Source of the DNA: an uncultured Planctomycetota bacterium
GTDB lineage: Bacteria > Planctomycetota > Planctomycetia > Gemmatales > Gemmataceae
Length of the DNA stretch: 64,000 nucleotides
Direction: 5' to 3'
Assembly (NCBI GenBank): GCA_963783095.1
Contig: CAWAMR010000018.1
Coordinates: 9,920-73,919 of the forward strand
The position numbers and the translations under genes are program-made. Under the pieces are notes generated by a model, which ran no database searches, had not been told where the DNA came from, and worked only from the letters and a program-made list of their open reading frames with translations. Below are positions 60,936 to 64,000 of the stretch, one piece after another (position 1 is the first letter of the stretch; each line of letters starts with the position of its first letter).

Positions 60936-61988
60936 TTGAGGAGGATATACCCAAAGCTCCGAAACGCGATCGAGACGAAGATAATGATGGCGGTGAACGT
61001 CGCAATTCCAAAGATGAGGAAAAGGATCGACGGAGGCGATCCAGGGAAGAAAATGACGAAAAACCACGTTCGAGACGCCGGCGCGAAAGACGAGAGCGAC
61101 TCGGAAGATCTCGATGATGAAGATCGGCCCCGCTCAAGGCGTCGCAGCAGGTCCGATGACGACGATCGAAATGCCGATCGCCGAAGTAGGGACAATGGCC
61201 GCGATTCCAAACGCAAGAAAAAGCAACCCAGGAAATCGAGAACGGTGTGGATCGTTGCCGGTGCGGGTTTGCTTATCGGTGTCGCATTGTTGGTCTGGTT
61301 TCTCTTCCTGAGCGGCAACAGCTTTGACAGCGAAATAATTGCCCTGCTGCCTGCCGAAGTAACCGATGTGTACGGGATCGAAGTCGAAGATCTTCTGTCG
61401 GCGGCAATTGACAAAGACAAAGAGTTGCTTCGTTTCGAACACCCCGAAATCGCCGAATTTGGGCTTGAACTGGACCAGGTCAGGCGAATCATCGTCGCCG
61501 GCGGGAAAAATCTCGGCATGATCATGGTGATCCGCCTGACCAGGGATGCCGGCAAGGAAAAACTGAGCAAAGACTCGACCGAAATGAAAGAAAACGGCAA
61601 AACCTATTACAAGTCCAATAAGGATAGTTCTTGCATCAGCCTCGTATCCGGCAAGTTGATCGTGGCGGCCGAACGAGAGGACACGATAAAGAGCATTCTC
61701 AAGCAACCGGAAGGCAAGGTCCAAATCTCCGAAGACCTCCTGTCACTCGTCAAGAAAGCCGCGAAGGGGCACAATTGGGTTGCGTCCATTTCCGAAGGAG
61801 CGGGACACATGGGATTCATGCTCGCGCCCGAAGAGTTGAAAAAACTAAAAGGAAACTATGGCTATACGAAGTTAAGCGGCCGATCCGTGGATTATCGATC
61901 GTTCATTGTCTGCGACAGCGAAGGAAACAGCCTCGAAGATCACCGACGCCTGTCAGCATCACATCGACGAATACAAGAAGAAAGCTGA
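60936..61988 (+). CDS. Membrane protein with highly charged (D/R/K/S-rich) N-terminal region, one TM helix and a C-terminal globular domain
   Basis: TTG start; ...DDEDRPRSRRRSRSDDDDRNADRRSRDNGRDSKRKKKQPRKSRTVWIVAGAGLLIGVALLVWFLFL... Same frame as the zinc-ribbon ORF, separated by one TAA. Confidence 0.5.
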   Translation: MRRIYPKLRNAIETKIMMAVNVAIPKMRKRIDGGDPGKKMTKNHVRDAGAKDESDSEDLDDEDRPRSRRRSRSDDDDRNADRRSRDNGRDSKRKKKQPRKSRTVWIVAGAGLLIGVALLVWFLFLSGNSFDSEIIALLPAEVTDVYGIEVEDLLSAAIDKDKELLRFEHPEIAEFGLELDQVRRIIVAGGKNLGMIMVIRLTRDAGKEKLSKDSTEMKENGKTYYKSNKDSSCISLVSGKLIVAAEREDTIKSILKQPEGKVQISEDLLSLVKKAAKGHNWVASISEGAGHMGFMLAPEELKKLKGNYGYTKLSGRSVDYRSFIVCDSEGNSLEDHRRLSASHRRIQEES

Positions 61989-62276
61989 AAACGGCACGTC
62001 CCGAGCAATGCAGAATCTGGACGAGCAGAGCAAACGGCTCTATCGTCGCCGCCGCCACGCGAGCGATTAGCCGGAGCGGACGGGTCGTGGAGTACTCTGT
62101 TACGCAGGAAATGAAGGAAGGGTCGGCGGCGAATATCGGATTTCCGGGACGACCCAGCCGTGTGAACCGGCCAGCCGCAGTTCCCAAAACAATGAACTGG
62201 ATTTGCCTGCGAAACCCGGAAGAACGCGGGATGAAATGGATCGCTGCCTGCAGCATAAGTTTCTTTGCATGCTGCT

Positions 62277-62570
62277 TCACGACAACTTTCTGATGGTAAA
62301 ATCAAGGGAAAGGATCAACTTCAAGGTTTCGAGCGCTGTTTTGCGATCATACTCCTTCTCGGACTCAGGCAGATCGGCATAGGGTACCAGACATGGATGC
62401 TTCTTGCCGGCGTCATCGCGCATTTCGCCATAGGTCCAACCTTGATTGATCCGCTGTAATGCCCAGACATCGTGGTTATTCTCGGCCAGTTTTTCCTGGA
62501 GTTCCAGGATATCGGCAGGGAGTGTAATGTGAGCAGTGTCAATGGGCCGAGGATGATAGGTGATCCGCAT
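62277..62570 (-). CDS. RyR (ryanodine-receptor-type) domain protein
   Basis: ...AENNHDVWALQRINQGWTYGEMRDDAGKKHPCLVPYADLPESEKEYDRKTA matches the bacterial RyR-domain pattern. Confidence 0.6.
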   Translation of the reverse strand: MRITYHPRPIDTAHITLPADILELQEKLAENNHDVWALQRINQGWTYGEMRDDAGKKHPCLVPYADLPESEKEYDRKTALETLKLILSLDFTIRKLS

Positions 62571-62667
62571 CAGGTGATTCTCCTATAGCTTTCTTCCCTG
62601 GCTGCAGGGCAGCTCGCCTTCACCAACAGAAATTTTACCATATCACCGACCTTTCTCCCGTCAACCC

Positions 62668-63410
62668 TCAGTTGCCGTCGAACGCAGAGGTGCCATGACG
62701 AGTTGAATAAGAGCAGCGCGTAAGATTGCGTGCAGCCAGATTCGTGTGTTTCGCCAGTCGAATGCACTCCGGAATGAGTTGAGGGTAGCGAAGGCAATTC
62801 CAGGCCACCCGCCACGGAGAAACCTCACCACCGGAAAGGAGCTGAGTCAATCGGGGCGATAGAGCGTCATGGACGGTATCTGAAATCGCGCGCACGGCCG
62901 CAAACGATATGCCGGCAGCATGACATCGGCGAGCGATCGTGGCCGATTCCATATCCACCGCGACAGCTCCGAACTGGCGAGCGATTTCGCGTTTCTCTTC
63001 GCGCGACGCCACGAGATGATCGGCGCAGAATAGCCGAGTTTTGGGATCGCCGAGCTGTGCCAACCACTCTGAGCCAGTCGAATCCGCCATGGTGCCGGGT
63101 CTCACGACATCACCGATATTGAGCGATTCGGTGTAGGCCGCCGGCAAAGCCTGAACTGATGATGAGTTGGGGTTTTGTGTGGCACAGTAACCAGTCAACG
63201 CGCAGGGTTAATGCGAGCGTTCCCCACTCCTGGAGCCAGGATCAGCACGCGGCGATCGGGAATTTCACGAAACTGGGCCAGCCAGACTGGAAAAGGTGTC
63301 GCATCCACGCGCAGGCGCTGAGTCGGATGCACGCAGAAACGGCTTGGCTTCACGCTTGAGCGCAAAGCAAATACATATGCCCGCAAAGTTTTCAATTGCA
63401 GTTCCGGCAA
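62668..63410 (-). CDS. hpnG: Hopanoid-associated phosphorylase/nucleosidase (PNP/MTAN family, HpnG-like); apparent frameshift near 63195
   Basis: RVLILAPGVGNAR in ORF 63195..63410, then ...AVAVDMESATIARRCHAAGISFAAVRAISD in ORF 62668..63198. Adjacent to hpnH. Confidence 0.55.
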
Positions 63411-63419
63411 CGAACGAAC

Positions 63420-64000
63420 TCACGTCACCTGCCACATCAGCATCTTGAAGGTATCACCGAACTGGGCGTTCACTCCCAGCGCAGCGGAAGGTTCGTAGCC
63501 GCAGTGGACCATGCAGTGTTCGCAGCGAGGGTCGTTGCCGTAGCCGTACTCTTCCCAGTGCGTATCGTTCATGAGACCCTCAAAGGTCTCGTGATGCTCA
63601 TCGGTGATGAGGTAGCAAGGCCCCTTCCAGCCTTTGACGTTTCGAGTTGGATTGCCCCAGGCCGTGCATGTCAGCTCGCGTTTTCCTTGCAGAAATTCGA
63701 TGTAAATCGGCGAGGTCGCCATCTTATACTTCTTGGTCAGATGATCGGCTTCCTTGAATTTTTCACGGATCTCATCGCGCGTAAGGAAGATCTGCGACGC
63801 ACCATTGGGATTGGTCTTCTGAACCGCTTCATACCCATACGCCGGCGACATCATGAAGCCATCGACGCCGAGTTTCGTCAAGTAGCCGAAGAGGAGATCG
63901 AGTTCCTCCATATTCGTTTCCTTGTAGACCGTCGTGTTGGTGCAAACGAGGAAACCGGCTTTCTTCGCGGCCTTGATTCCCTCGACGGCTTGCTGAAACA
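63420..64000 (-). CDS. hpnH: Adenosylhopane synthase (radical-SAM, HpnH), C-terminal DUF3463 part; continues beyond window
   Basis: ...CEHCMVHCGYEPSAALG... and the frame stays open to the window edge (…KAAKKAGFLVCTNTTVYKE upstream). Confidence 0.6.
   Translation of the reverse strand, partial: FQQAVEGIKAAKKAGFLVCTNTTVYKETNMEELDLLFGYLTKLGVDGFMMSPAYGYEAVQKTNPNGASQIFLTRDEIREKFKEADHLTKKYKMATSPIYIEFLQGKRELTCTAWGNPTRNVKGWKGPCYLITDEHHETFEGLMNDTHWEEYGYGNDPRCEHCMVHCGYEPSAALGVNAQFGDTFKMLMWQVT

Overview
This 64 kb window looks like Planctomycetota chromosome. The evidence is GC of roughly 55-60% and gene families typical of that phylum: DUF1553/DUF1501/DUF1800 trios, many DUF1559 paralogs, an ECF sigma factor translationally coupled to a Ser/Thr-kinase-TPR protein, secreted PQQ-like beta-propellers, DUF11 and PPC repeat proteins, and the hopanoid side-chain genes hpnG and hpnH at the right edge. 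I support about 55 protein-coding loci, one tRNA-Ser(CGA), no rRNA, no CRISPR array and no intact transposase. Most genes are accessory or unknown-function secreted or membrane proteins; recognisable housekeeping genes include truD, a P1B-type metal ATPase, a class III aminotransferase, a site-2 protease and a MazG-like NTP pyrophosphohydrolase.

The most notable feature is a ~3.8 kb island at the 3' end of tRNA-Ser (13379-17125), bounded by a 14-15 nt direct repeat of the tRNA 3' end. It carries a C-terminally truncated tyrosine integrase, a degenerate ~115 bp tandem repeat, clustered GGTGCAC motifs at both ends, and a polymorphic-toxin-type pair: an AHH (HNH/EndoVII-fold) nuclease-domain protein followed by an ankyrin-repeat plus SUFU-domain immunity-like protein.

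Other points worth a second look:
- A family of long, near-perfect intergenic hairpins whose arms are tandem 6-8 nt units; two copies share TGTTCAG/TTTTCAG heptamers. Four sit at gene 3' ends, at terminator-like positions; the fifth (261-387) lies between the co-directional DUF1553 and DUF1501 genes.
- An in-frame junction between the P1B-ATPase and an SPFH/HflK-like protein.
- A translationally coupled four-gene operon encoding a membrane protein plus three DUF1559 paralogs whose usual prepilin-like N-terminus is replaced by a polytopic membrane anchor.
- Two type II TA-like loci (antitoxin + zeta-toxin kinase + unknown; HTH + PIN).
- A Gly/Met-rich repetitive secreted protein.

There are at least 25 apparent single-base frameshifts inside otherwise clearly homologous genes (truD, DUF1800 twice, DUF1501, S2P, the kinase, the ATPase and others). 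I read these as indel errors of a draft or long-read assembly rather than biology, and called such loci as single genes. All coordinates derived by residue-offset from the ORF track are reliable to the codon; repeat coordinates are approximate to within a few nt.
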